Part shown: piece by piece, positions 29,583-39,020 of the stretch
How the letters are laid out: every line of letters starts with the position of its first letter
Numbering within the stretch: the stretch's first letter is position 1
DNA from: an uncultured Alphaproteobacteria bacterium
Lineage (GTDB): Bacteria; Pseudomonadota; Alphaproteobacteria; Rhizobiales; Xanthobacteraceae
Assembly (NCBI GenBank): GCA_963828475.1
Contig: CAWHFN010000012.1
Coordinates: 25,439-89,438 of the forward strand
Length of the DNA: 64,000 nucleotides
Direction of reading: 5' to 3'
Made by a program: the position numbers and the translations under genes
Notes under the pieces: generated by a model
Databases searched by the model: none
Seen by the model: the letters and a program-made list of their open reading frames with translations, nothing else
What the model was told of the DNA's origin: nothing

Positions 29583-29599
29583 CCTTAAGCCAGCCTTAA
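29583..29599. promoter_or_regulatory. OmpR-family tandem box CCTTAAGCCAGCCTTAA in the dsbD/response regulator divergent promoter
   Basis: CTTAAG-N5-CTTAAG; identical to 26287-26303. Confidence 0.75.
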
Positions 29600-29641
29600 G
29601 CCTGGAAGCCGACGCGGAAGTCCAAACGGGGAGCGGCTTGC

Positions 29642-30307
29642 ATGCGGATTTTGGTTGTTGAAGATGACCCGGTGCTCTCGGACGGATTGAAGGTCGGGCT
29701 CGGGCTATACGGCGCGACGCTCGACATCGTCGCCAGTTGCGCCGACGGTCACGCGGCGCTTGCGGCGGACGAATTCGACGCACTGGTTCTCGATCTGATG
29801 CTGCCGGACGGGTCTGGCCTCGATCTGTTGGCCGCGCTGCGCTCGCGCGGCGACCGCACTCCGGTGCTGCTGTTGACCGCGCTCGACGAAGTCGCTGACC
29901 GCATCAGGGGATTGGATGCCGGGGCGGACGACTATCTCGGCAAACCCTTCGATCTGGAGGAGCTTGCCGCCCGTGTCCGTGCCATCAGCCGGCGGAATGA
30001 GGGCCGCGCCTCGCCCCAGGCGTCCTACAATGGTGTGACGCTCAACCTCGCCCGACTGACCGTTACCGTCAGTGGAACATGCATCGGTCTTTCCCGCCGC
30101 GAGTTCGCCGTTCTCGCAGCGCTGATGGACCGGCCAGGCGCGGTTTTGTCCAAGAGCGACCTGGAAGCAAAGCTCTACGGCTGGCAGGAAGAAGTCGAAA
30201 GCAATACCGTCGAAGTCCACGTCCATAAATTGCGCACGAAAATCGGACGGACGAAGATCGAAACCCTGCGCGGGATCGGGTACCGGATGAGGCCCGTCGC
30301 CCCATGA
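29642..30307 (+). CDS. OmpR/PmrA/QseB-family response regulator (DsbR-like)
   Basis: LVVEDD, LDLMLPD, GADDYLGKPF and winged-helix VEVHVHKLRTK…TLRGIGY. Confidence 0.92.
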   Translation: MRILVVEDDPVLSDGLKVGLGLYGATLDIVASCADGHAALAADEFDALVLDLMLPDGSGLDLLAALRSRGDRTPVLLLTALDEVADRIRGLDAGADDYLGKPFDLEELAARVRAISRRNEGRASPQASYNGVTLNLARLTVTVSGTCIGLSRREFAVLAALMDRPGAVLSKSDLEAKLYGWQEEVESNTVEVHVHKLRTKIGRTKIETLRGIGYRMRPVAP

Positions 30308-31659
30308 ATTCGCTGAGAAGAAAACTCTTCCTGATCCTTGTCGCGGCCACCAGCCTGATATGGCTCGCCGCGACCTGCTGGATTTACGTCGGCGCCAGGC
30401 GGGAAGTCGAAAGCGTGCTGGACGCAAGACTGCAGGAAGCGGCGCGCATGGTGCTGTCGCTCGCGGGCAACGGCGTCGGTACCGCACAAAAGGGAGCAGA
30501 CCCCGGACAGGCTCCGGAGATCCTGAGTTACGAGCGACAGCTTTCCTGCCAGATATGGTCACTCGACGGCCGGCTGGTGGCGCGCTCCAGTGGAGCGCCG
30601 AACGAAAGCCTGAGCGACAGGAGAGCGGGCTTCTCCGAACGCCTCATCAACGGAGAGACGTGGCGCGTCTTTACGGCGGAAGACGGCGCCAAGGGCGTTC
30701 GCGTTCTGGTGGGAGACCGGCTCGGCCTGCGCGACCATTTCGTCGCGGAAATCATGAAGGGCATTCTCGCGCCGATGGCTCTTACGGTCCCATTGCTCGG
30801 ATTCCTGATCTGGGCAAGCCTCAATCGCGGGCTACGTCCGTTGCGGGGGCTCGCCGAAGAACTGGCGCGCAGAAGCGCCGACGACATGCGCCCCGTCGAG
30901 ACTGGCAAAATACCAACGGAAATCCGGCCGGTCATCGACTCGCTCAATTCCCTTTTCGCCAGGGTCCAGGATGCGTTGCGGCACGAGCGGGATCTCACCG
31001 CTTTCGCCGCACATGAGTTGCGGACGCCGCTGGCAGGATTGCGGACCCAGGCCCAGGTCGCAATGGCGGCCCGTGACGAGACAACGCGCGCCACGGCGCT
31101 CCGTCAAATCCTTGTCGGCGTCGATCGTACCACCCGCCTCGTTCGCCAGTTGCTCGCCATCGCGAAACTCGATTCGGCGCCGGAGACGATCCGGGCGAAC
31201 CAGATCAGCATCGGGGGCGTGATCGAAGAGGTCATCGACGCGCTGCCACTGTCGGACCGGGCCGTCCCCGTTACCGTCGATCCGGCCCTGACGGGCACCA
31301 TGGTTACGGCCAACCGGGAATTCCTTCTGCTGGCGGTTCGCAACCTGCATGAGAATGCCGCACGTCACATGTCGCAGCCGGGCGCCATTCGATGGTCGAT
31401 GGAGAAGGAATCCGATGCGCTTGCCGTTTATGTCGACGATGAGGGCCCGGGCATACCGCAGGAAGAGATTGCGCTGGTTACGAACCGTTTTTTCCGCGGC
31501 CGCAACAAGAGCCCGCTTGGGAGCGGCCTCGGACTATCAATTGTCGAGCTCGCCCTGCGCGCCAGCGGCGCACGGCTGATCCTCCAGAACAGAAGAGATG
31601 GGACTGGCCTGCGGGCGCAAATCGTATGGAGGCTCACGCCGGACGGCGTGACGCGGTGA
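30304..31659 (+). CDS. QseC-family sensor histidine kinase (DsbS-like)
   Basis: ATGA overlap with the regulator; periplasmic YERQLSCQIW (Cys82), HAMP, AAHELRTPL H-box, DEGPG and GSGLGL. Confidence 0.9.
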   Translation: MNSLRRKLFLILVAATSLIWLAATCWIYVGARREVESVLDARLQEAARMVLSLAGNGVGTAQKGADPGQAPEILSYERQLSCQIWSLDGRLVARSSGAPNESLSDRRAGFSERLINGETWRVFTAEDGAKGVRVLVGDRLGLRDHFVAEIMKGILAPMALTVPLLGFLIWASLNRGLRPLRGLAEELARRSADDMRPVETGKIPTEIRPVIDSLNSLFARVQDALRHERDLTAFAAHELRTPLAGLRTQAQVAMAARDETTRATALRQILVGVDRTTRLVRQLLAIAKLDSAPETIRANQISIGGVIEEVIDALPLSDRAVPVTVDPALTGTMVTANREFLLLAVRNLHENAARHMSQPGAIRWSMEKESDALAVYVDDEGPGIPQEEIALVTNRFFRGRNKSPLGSGLGLSIVELALRASGARLILQNRRDGTGLRAQIVWRLTPDGVTR

Positions 31660-31713
31660 GGATGCTGCCGGATCTGATCGCTTGCGGAATTCAATATCCA
31701 TCGAGGCGTTCCG

Positions 31714-32175
31714 ATGCGCATTGAAGTCTACCGTGCAGACCGCAGCTCGCTGCTGCCTCTGTTTGATCTTGCCGACGATTCCCGGGCACAGATTTGCAGT
31801 TACATTTCCCGCGGCAAAGTGCTCGTCGCCCGCGCCAGCGATACCGTGATTGGGCACCTGCAAATCCTCGAGACTGACGCTGCCGGCGTATTCGAGCTCA
31901 AGAGCATGGCGGTGGAGGCGGGCCACCAAGGCCAGGGCATCGGACGCAGCCTCGTCGAGGCGGCGGTCACTCATTGTCGTCTCCGCGATGGTCATCGGCT
32001 GTTTGTCTCGACGGCCACTGCCGATATCGGCAATCTGCGCTTCTACCAGCGTCAGGGCTTCCGCATGTACCGAATCGTGCAGGACGCATTCAGGCCCGAA
32101 GGCGGGTACGCGGAGGGAGTTCTGGTCGACGGAATACCGCTGCGCGACCAGGTGTTTCTCGAACTCCATCTCTGA
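31714..32175 (+). CDS. GNAT N-acetyltransferase
   Basis: MAVEAGHQGQGIGRSLV and NLRFYQRQGF. Confidence 0.85.
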   Translation: MRIEVYRADRSSLLPLFDLADDSRAQICSYISRGKVLVARASDTVIGHLQILETDAAGVFELKSMAVEAGHQGQGIGRSLVEAAVTHCRLRDGHRLFVSTATADIGNLRFYQRQGFRMYRIVQDAFRPEGGYAEGVLVDGIPLRDQVFLELHL

Positions 32176-32203
32176 CCGGGAGCGGTCCGCCTGACCGCGG
32201 CGC

Positions 32204-33172
32204 TCACTGCGCCTGCACGCCGATGCCGGCGGCCTTGATGATCGGCCACCATTTTTCGATTTCGGCCTTCTGGAAGGCGGCAAGGCCCTCCGGCGTCTGT
32301 TGCGCGCGCGGCGCGACGTCGAGACCGAGTTCGGTAAAGCGCTTCTGGATCGCAGGGTCAGCCAACGCCTCCACCGTCGCAGCGTTGAGTTTTGCGATGA
32401 CATCCTTCGGCGTGCCCTTTGGCGCCCAGAAGCCGAACCAGCCGGACATATAGAGGCCGGGTACGCCGGTTTCGTCCGAGGTCGGAATGTCAGGCATCGA
32501 GGCCGAACGCGCGGGCGAAAGATTGGCGAGCGCCTTGATCTTGCCGGCGCGGATTTGCGGCAGCGCCACCGCGCCCTGCACCACCAGCAGATCCACCGTA
32601 CCGGAGATCAGGTCGGTCATCGCGGGGCCGGCGCCGCGATAGGGAATGAACTGCACCTTCTGCCTGGTCAGGTTCTCGAACAGCACGCCGGTGACGTTCG
32701 CCGCCGCGTTCTGGTTGACGAAATTGATCTTGCCGGGATTTTCCTTCATCCACGCGACCAGCTCGGCCAGCGTCTTCGCCGGCAGGTCGTTCTTGGCGAC
32801 CATGAGCTGGGGATTGTTCGAAACAAGCGCGATCGGCTCAAAATCCTTTTCGAGGTCGTAGTCGAGCTTGTAGATGATGCTGCCGACATGGGTGTCCCAC
32901 TGGCCGATGTCGAAGGTGTAACCATCAGGCGCGGCGCGGGCGACGCGCCCGACGCCAATGCTGCCGCCGGCGCCGCCGACATTTTCGATCACGACGGACT
33001 GCCCGAGGAAGCTACGCATCCGCTCGGCCATGATCCGGGCGGCGGCATCGGTCGATCCGCCCGGCGGGAACGGCACCACCAGCGTGATCGGCCGCGAGGG
33101 GTAGGTTTGCGCTTGTGCTGGTACCGCACTGAAGAGGATCAGGAATGACAGCGCCGCCCGGAACCCCTTCAT
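32204..33172 (-). CDS. Bug/TctC tripartite tricarboxylate transporter substrate-binding protein
   Basis: YPSRPITLVVPFPPGGSTD, ENVGGAGGSIG, PYRGAGPA and PKGTPKDV. Confidence 0.9.
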   Translation of the reverse strand: MKGFRAALSFLILFSAVPAQAQTYPSRPITLVVPFPPGGSTDAAARIMAERMRSFLGQSVVIENVGGAGGSIGVGRVARAAPDGYTFDIGQWDTHVGSIIYKLDYDLEKDFEPIALVSNNPQLMVAKNDLPAKTLAELVAWMKENPGKINFVNQNAAANVTGVLFENLTRQKVQFIPYRGAGPAMTDLISGTVDLLVVQGAVALPQIRAGKIKALANLSPARSASMPDIPTSDETGVPGLYMSGWFGFWAPKGTPKDVIAKLNAATVEALADPAIQKRFTELGLDVAPRAQQTPEGLAAFQKAEIEKWWPIIKAAGIGVQAQ

Positions 33173-33207
33173 GACGTTTCCCCCTGTTTGTCGAACCCTG
33201 ACTTTTG

Positions 33208-33927
33208 TCAGTGGATCTCGGACGAGCGCTTCAGCGCCTCTTTCAGTTTTTCCAGCGTGAAGTCCGGGCTGCGTGCGATGTCCAGGATCGGCGTCTCGCG
33301 CCGGCCGCAGAGTTCGGCGGCTTCCGGAATCTTCGCCGCGATATCGATGGGGATCACGATGGCGCCGTGCTGGTCGGCGTGGATCAGATCATCGGAATGC
33401 ACCGTCATGCCGGCGACGCGCACTTCGCCGCCCCAGTGTTCGGCATGGACCCAGGCATGCGACGGCCCGACCGAACCGGCCAGCGCCTGAAAGCCCGGCG
33501 CCCATTGCGGGATGTCGCGGATCGAGCCGTCGGTGATGACGCCGAGGCAGCCGAGCGCCTTGTGCACGTTGCTCTGCACCTCACCCCAGAACGCGCCGTA
33601 GCCGGCATCGGCGCCGTCGATATCCTGGATCACGGTGATGCGCGGGCCGAAACCGGTGCCGACATATTCGTAATAGGCGATGCGGCGCTTCGACTGCTCG
33701 TCGGCCGGAAGCGTGGATTTGAGCACCGAGCGGATCGTCACGGTGCGGGCGTAACCCACCATCGGCGGCAAATCGGGGAACGGGCAGACCAGCGGCTTGG
33801 TGGTGTAGCCGATCAGGCGGCGTTCGGGCGCGACGATTTCCATCGCATTGCAAATCGTCGGCGTGTCATAGCGCGCCAGCGCCTCGAGGACGGAAGCAGG
33901 CAGCGGGGCGGTAACGGCTTTGTTCAC
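33208..33927 (-). CDS. RraA family protein (HMG/CHA aldolase-like)
   Basis: DTPTICNA, MVGYARTV, FWGEV, TDGSIRD and DLIHADQHG; GTG start after GGAGAG. Confidence 0.85.
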   Translation of the reverse strand: MNKAVTAPLPASVLEALARYDTPTICNAMEIVAPERRLIGYTTKPLVCPFPDLPPMVGYARTVTIRSVLKSTLPADEQSKRRIAYYEYVGTGFGPRITVIQDIDGADAGYGAFWGEVQSNVHKALGCLGVITDGSIRDIPQWAPGFQALAGSVGPSHAWVHAEHWGGEVRVAGMTVHSDDLIHADQHGAIVIPIDIAAKIPEAAELCGRRETPILDIARSPDFTLEKLKEALKRSSEIH

Positions 33928-34057
33928 GGCGTTCTCTCCTGATTTTTCGGCCCGGCTCTTCGAGGCCGTACGTCGCTTTAGCCCTATAGCCGAGATTGGA
34001 GGAGAACCCAACTCGGCGGCGGCTCATGGCAGATATATCGGAAGCGGTGCGAGATGC

Positions 34058-34945
34058 TCAGTTCAGCCGCGCCGGCCGCTCGTCCTCGGCATCATCAGAG
34101 GCGGGCGAAAACGTCGCGGCCGGCGTTGACGGTGCGGCGCCTTCAGCCGTTGCCGCCGGCTGCGCGGCAAGGGCGGCATTGCGCTCGTGGTCGCGATAGG
34201 TCTTCCAGCCCCAGGGCAGGCTCGCGAGGTACAGCACCGAGCCGATCGACAGGATGTGCCAGGGATAGCCGATCAACAGGGCTACGAAGAACACCACGGA
34301 GACGAAAACCGGCAGCACCATTTCGGGCGGCACCCGCATCCGCACCGTTTTGCCGGAAAAGACCGGCAGGCGCGACACCATCAGGAAGGCGATCAGCAGC
34401 GTGTAGGCCGCGGTCAGCATGGCCGGCGGCTTCGAGACGCCGAGGAACGCCAGATAGAACGGCAGCATCGCAAGGATCGCGCCGGCCGGCGCCGGCACGC
34501 CGGTGAAGTAGTTCGCCGCAAAGGCTGGCTTGTTCGGATCGTCGATCGAGGCGTTGAAGCGCGCCAGCCGCAGGCCGCCCGCGATCGCAAACACCATGGC
34601 CGCGATCCAGCCGCCATTGTTCAACTCTTGCAGCTGCCAGAAATACAGCATCAGGCCGGGCGCAACGCCGAAATTGACGAAATCCGCAAGGCTGTCGAGT
34701 TCAGCGCCGAATTTCGACTGGCCCTTGATCATGCGCGCGACGCGGCCGTCGACTCCGTCGAGTATGGCTGCGAACACGATGGCCGCGACCGCGAGCTCCA
34801 TCCGCCCTTCGATCGACAGCCGGATCGCCGTCAGCCCGGCGCAGATCGCGAGCAAGGTGATGACGTTGGGCACCAGCATCCGCACCGGTATCGGACGAAA
34901 CCGGCGGCGGCGCAGCTCAGGGTATTTGGGATCGGGGGTCAGCAT
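34058..34945 (-). CDS. pssA: CDP-diacylglycerol--serine O-phosphatidyltransferase
   Basis: DGVDGRVAR…GAELDSLAD CDP-alcohol phosphotransferase motif, LRLARFN and FTGVPAP; directly downstream of psd. Confidence 0.92.
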   Translation of the reverse strand: MLTPDPKYPELRRRRFRPIPVRMLVPNVITLLAICAGLTAIRLSIEGRMELAVAAIVFAAILDGVDGRVARMIKGQSKFGAELDSLADFVNFGVAPGLMLYFWQLQELNNGGWIAAMVFAIAGGLRLARFNASIDDPNKPAFAANYFTGVPAPAGAILAMLPFYLAFLGVSKPPAMLTAAYTLLIAFLMVSRLPVFSGKTVRMRVPPEMVLPVFVSVVFFVALLIGYPWHILSIGSVLYLASLPWGWKTYRDHERNAALAAQPAATAEGAAPSTPAATFSPASDDAEDERPARLN

Positions 34946-35020
34946 GCCTGCCACTATATAGCAAGCGGTGGCCCGGTTCACCATTGGCGGCGGCTTAGCC
35001 GTTTGGGCCGCCGGCGACGG

Positions 35021-35719
35021 TTAATCGGCCCGAAACGTTCGCCCCTGCTCGCTCGACCCGAAATCGGCCAAAATCGTCTCGCCAGCCACTGCCGTCTGGC
35101 CCTCGGAAACCAGCGATTTCGAACCTTCCGGCAAATATACGTCCAGACGCGAGCCAAAACGGATCAGGCCGAACCGCTCGCCGGCGCCGATCGACTGGCC
35201 TTCCCGCACGAATGAGACAATCCGCCGCGCCACCAGGCCAGCGATCTGGACCACGCCGATCCGACCCTGCGCGGTCGAGATGACAAGCGAATTGCGCTCA
35301 TTATCTTCGCTGGCCTTGTCGAGCTCGGCGTTGATGAAGGCGCCGGGCCGGTAGGCGATGCGGTCGATGCGGCCCGCCACCGGGCTGCGGTTCACGTGGC
35401 AGTTGAACACGCTCATGAAGATCGAAATGCGCGGCAGCGGCCGGTCGCCAAGGCCGAGTTCGGCCGGCGGCAACACCTGTGCGATCATGGAGACGCGGCC
35501 ATCGGCCGGCGCCACCACGATGCCGTCGCGCACCGGCGTGACGCGAACGGGATCGCGGAAGAACAGCGCGCACCAGATGGTCAACAGCGTGCCGATCCAG
35601 CCGAGCGGCGTCCAGATCCAGAACAGGATCAGGCTGACCAGCGCAAAGCCGCCGATGAAGGGATAGCCCTCGGGATGAATCGGCGGGATCTGCGTGCGGA
35701 TGGAATTCGCAATCGACAT
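35021..35719 (-). CDS. psd: Phosphatidylserine decarboxylase proenzyme
   Basis: [16 protein letters not shown] and IRFGSRLD (GS autocleavage site). Confidence 0.95.
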   Translation of the reverse strand: MSIANSIRTQIPPIHPEGYPFIGGFALVSLILFWIWTPLGWIGTLLTIWCALFFRDPVRVTPVRDGIVVAPADGRVSMIAQVLPPAELGLGDRPLPRISIFMSVFNCHVNRSPVAGRIDRIAYRPGAFINAELDKASEDNERNSLVISTAQGRIGVVQIAGLVARRIVSFVREGQSIGAGERFGLIRFGSRLDVYLPEGSKSLVSEGQTAVAGETILADFGSSEQGRTFRAD

Positions 35720-35776
35720 TAGGGCTCGCTGTTGTCTGGCCGACTTCCGTTTTAGGGAAGTAGCGCCGTATTTGGA

Positions 35777-37781
35777 TTATTCCGCGGCGGTTGCCAAGGG
35801 ATCTTTGGACAAGGGATCCTTGGGTGCGGACGGGTCCCTGGATTGATCATTGAGCGGATCATCGACCGGCGGTGGAGCGCGGTTCGGCGCCTCGTTGCCC
35901 TCGTCGATCTGGGCAAGCTTCTCCCGCGCCTCCTCGGCCTCGCGCTGCCTGTTCCACATGCTGGCATAGAGCCCGTCGGACGCCAAAAGCTGGATATGGG
36001 TGCCACGCTCGGCAATGCGCCCTTGATCCAGCACGATAATTTCATCGGCGCCTACAATGGTCGACAGCCGGTGTGCGATCACGAGCGAAGTGCGGCCACG
36101 CGAGACGCGCTCCAACGCTTCCTGGATTTCATGCTCGGTGTGGCTGTCGAGCGCGGACGTCGCCTCATCCAGCACCAGGATCGGCGGCGCTTTCAGCACC
36201 GTGCGCGCAATTGCCACGCGCTGCTTCTCGCCACCGGACAGTTTCAGGCCGCGTTCGCCGACCTGGGTTTCATACCCCTTCGGCGATAGGCGGATGAAAG
36301 TGTCGATCTGCGCCAGTTGCGCCGCCTCCTCCACCTCGGCATCGCTCGCCCCCCAGCGGCCGTAACGGATGTTGTAGCGGATGGTGTCGTTGAACAGCAC
36401 GGTATCCTGCGGCACCATGCCGATCGAAGCGCGCAGGCTCGCCTGCGTGACGTTGCGGATATCCTGACCGTCGATCAGGATTTTTCCGCTGGAGACGTCG
36501 TAAAGACGAAACAGCAATCGCGAAATCGTCGACTTGCCGGCGCCGGAAGGACCGACGATCGCCACCGTCTTGCCGGCGGGCACTTCGAAACTGAGGCCCT
36601 TGAGGATCGGCCGCTCCGCATCATAGGCGAAGCGCACGTCGTCGAAGCGCACATTGCCCGAGCTGACGACGAGCGGCGCGGCGCCCGGGATATCCTTGAT
36701 CTCGGGATTACGCTGCAGCACGTTGAACATCTTCTCGATGTCGATGACCGCCTGCTTGATCTCGCGATAGACCATGCCCATGAAATTCAGCGGCTGGTAA
36801 AGCTGGATCATCATGGCGTTGACCATGACGAAATCGCCGACCGTATTGGTGCCGTTGCGCACACCGAACGCGCACATCAGCATGGTCGCGGTGAGGCCGA
36901 AGGTGAAGATGATCGCCTGCCCGGTGTTGAGCACCGCTAGCGAGGTATAGGTCTTCACGCTGTTGCGCTCGTAGCGCTCCATCGAACGGTCGTAGCGCTC
37001 GGCTTCGCGTTGCTCAGAGCTGAAATATTTCACCGTCTCGTAATTGAGCAGCGAGTTCGATCGCCTTGGTGTTCGCCTCGGTGTCGGAATCGTTCATCTT
37101 GCGCCGGATTTCGATCCGCCATTCGGTGGCGAGATAAGTGAAACCCATGAAGATCACGACCGTGATCAGAACGGCGGCGACATAGCGCCAGTCGAATTGC
37201 CAAAACAGCACCGCCGCCAGCAGCGACACCTCGACGATTGTCGGGATCAACTGCAAGATCACCATCCGCACGATCACCTCGATGCCGGTGCGGCCACGCT
37301 CCAGCACGCGCGTCAGGCCGCCGGTCTTGCGCTCCAGATGGAAGCGCAGCGACAATTCGTGCATGTGGACGAAGGTGATGTAGGCGAGCTTGCGCACCGC
37401 ATGCATGGCGACGCGGGCAAAGATGCCGTCGCGCCACTGCGTCAGCACCGCCATCAGCACCCGTATCGCGCCGTAGCTTGCGGTCATCAGCAGGGGCGAT
37501 GCGATCAGCCACAGCATCCAGTTCGACGCTTCGACCGGCGCGGTGCCCATGCCGTTGAGCGCATCAATCGCCCATTTGAAGGTGAACGGCACCGTCAGCG
37601 TCGCGAGCTTGGCCGCCAGCAGCAGCACCATCGACCAGACCACGCGCATCTTCAGGTCAGCGCGATCGCCGGGCCAGATATAGGGCCACAGATGCACCAG
37701 CGTCCCGATCAGGGTCGCCTTTTCGGGCGAGTTGCTGGCCGGAGGTTGGGCGGCACGGTCGGGCGAATCAGGATCAGCCAT
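35777..37781 (-). CDS. Atm1/ABCB-family ABC exporter (TMD+NBD); +1 frameshift near 37061
   Basis: FHLERKTGGL, GPSGAGKST Walker A, LSGGEKQR and LDEATS. GAACTCG to GACTCG restores KAIDSLLNYE and 668 codons. Confidence 0.88.
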
Positions 37782-37993
37782 CGCTGTCGCGCCCAACGCA
37801 GGATGGCGCACCGGCCGCCGTCAGATGGTTTCTGATGATCTGCATATGCCCGTCATATAGAGCCTTTAACTCTGCCGTACAGCCTTGAAAGATAAATCTT
37901 TCCCCCGTTTGGTTCGATTTCGGGCCTATTTCTGCTGCATCAGCGAAACGAACCAGACTTGAGCTTTTCTGGGTGCAGTGCCACATGATCTCC

Positions 37994-38599
37994 ATGGATC
38001 AAATCAAAACTGTCTGTGTCTATTGCGGCTCCGGCGCCGGCTCCAGCCCCCGCTTTGTCGAAGCCGCGCTCGCCCTGGGAAAGATTTTCGCCGAGAATAA
38101 TATCCGGCTCGTCTATGGCGGCGGATCGGTCGGGCTGATGGGCGCGGTCGCCAAGGCCACGCTGGACCATGGCGGCCTGGTCACCGGGATCATTCCGGAT
38201 TTCCTCAGATCGCGCGAACATATGCTGTCCCGCGTTCAGGAAATGATCGTCACGCCCGACATGCACGAGCGCAAACGGCTGATGTTCGAACATTCCGATG
38301 CGTTCGTCGCCCTGCCCGGCGGCGTCGGCACGCTGGAAGAACTGGTCGAGCAGATGACCTGGCAGCAGCTCGGCCGCCACTCCAAGCCGGTTCTGCTCGC
38401 CAACATCGACGGCTTCTGGGAGCCGCTGATGGCGCTGTTGGCGCATATGCGCGAAACCGAGTTCATCCGGCCATCGCTCAACGTCGATATCCTCAAGGCC
38501 GATCGGGTCGAGGATATCGTGCCGCGCCTGCGCGCCGCCGCAGCGCTTACGCCCGAAGGCAGCAAGCAAATGGCGCCGGAATTGGCGCGAAAATTGTAG
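37994..38599 (+). CDS. LOG family nucleotide phosphoribohydrolase (TIGR00730 type)
   Basis: VYCGS, YGGGSVGLMG, MHERK and PGGVGTLEE motifs. Confidence 0.9.
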   Translation: MDQIKTVCVYCGSGAGSSPRFVEAALALGKIFAENNIRLVYGGGSVGLMGAVAKATLDHGGLVTGIIPDFLRSREHMLSRVQEMIVTPDMHERKRLMFEHSDAFVALPGGVGTLEELVEQMTWQQLGRHSKPVLLANIDGFWEPLMALLAHMRETEFIRPSLNVDILKADRVEDIVPRLRAAAALTPEGSKQMAPELARKL

Positions 38600-38602
38600 G
38601 CT

Positions 38603-38979
38603 TTACTCGCTGGGAAACGTCACCGCCTCGATGCGGTTGCCGTCGGGATCGATGGCAAAGGCGGCGTAATACTTGACGCGGTCATGCGGCCGAATTCCGG
38701 GCGCGCCGTCGGAGCGGCCGCCGGCGCTGAGCGCTGCGGCGTGAAACGCATCGACATCACCGGTCGTTTTGGCGCGAAGGCAGATATGCGTGCCGCTCTC
38801 GGGCGGGACCGGCGCCATGCCGGCGCGCAGGTTGATCCAGAATTCGGGGTAGGATTTGCCGAAGCCGATCGTGGCTGGACGGGTAACGAGACGGGAAAGC
38901 CCGAGCGGCGCGAGTGTCGCCTCGTAGAAGCGCGCGGCCGTTCGAGGTCGGCGACGCCGACGGAGATGTGGTCGATCAT
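38603..38979 (-). CDS. VOC/glyoxalase family protein; -1 frameshift near 38939
   Basis: MIDHISVGVADLE, HICLRA and YYAAFAIDPDGNRIEAV in two frames; adding one G restores ERAARFYE. Confidence 0.82.
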
Positions 38980-39020
38980 GGAATGGCCCCTGCGCTCTCC
39001 CCGCGGTCACTCGTAGCCCG

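Noticed and set aside
37994-38599. LOG gene as evidence of a dedicated cytokinin system
   Set aside because: LOG homologs are widespread nucleotide hydrolases, and no ipt or miaA-linked genes are nearby
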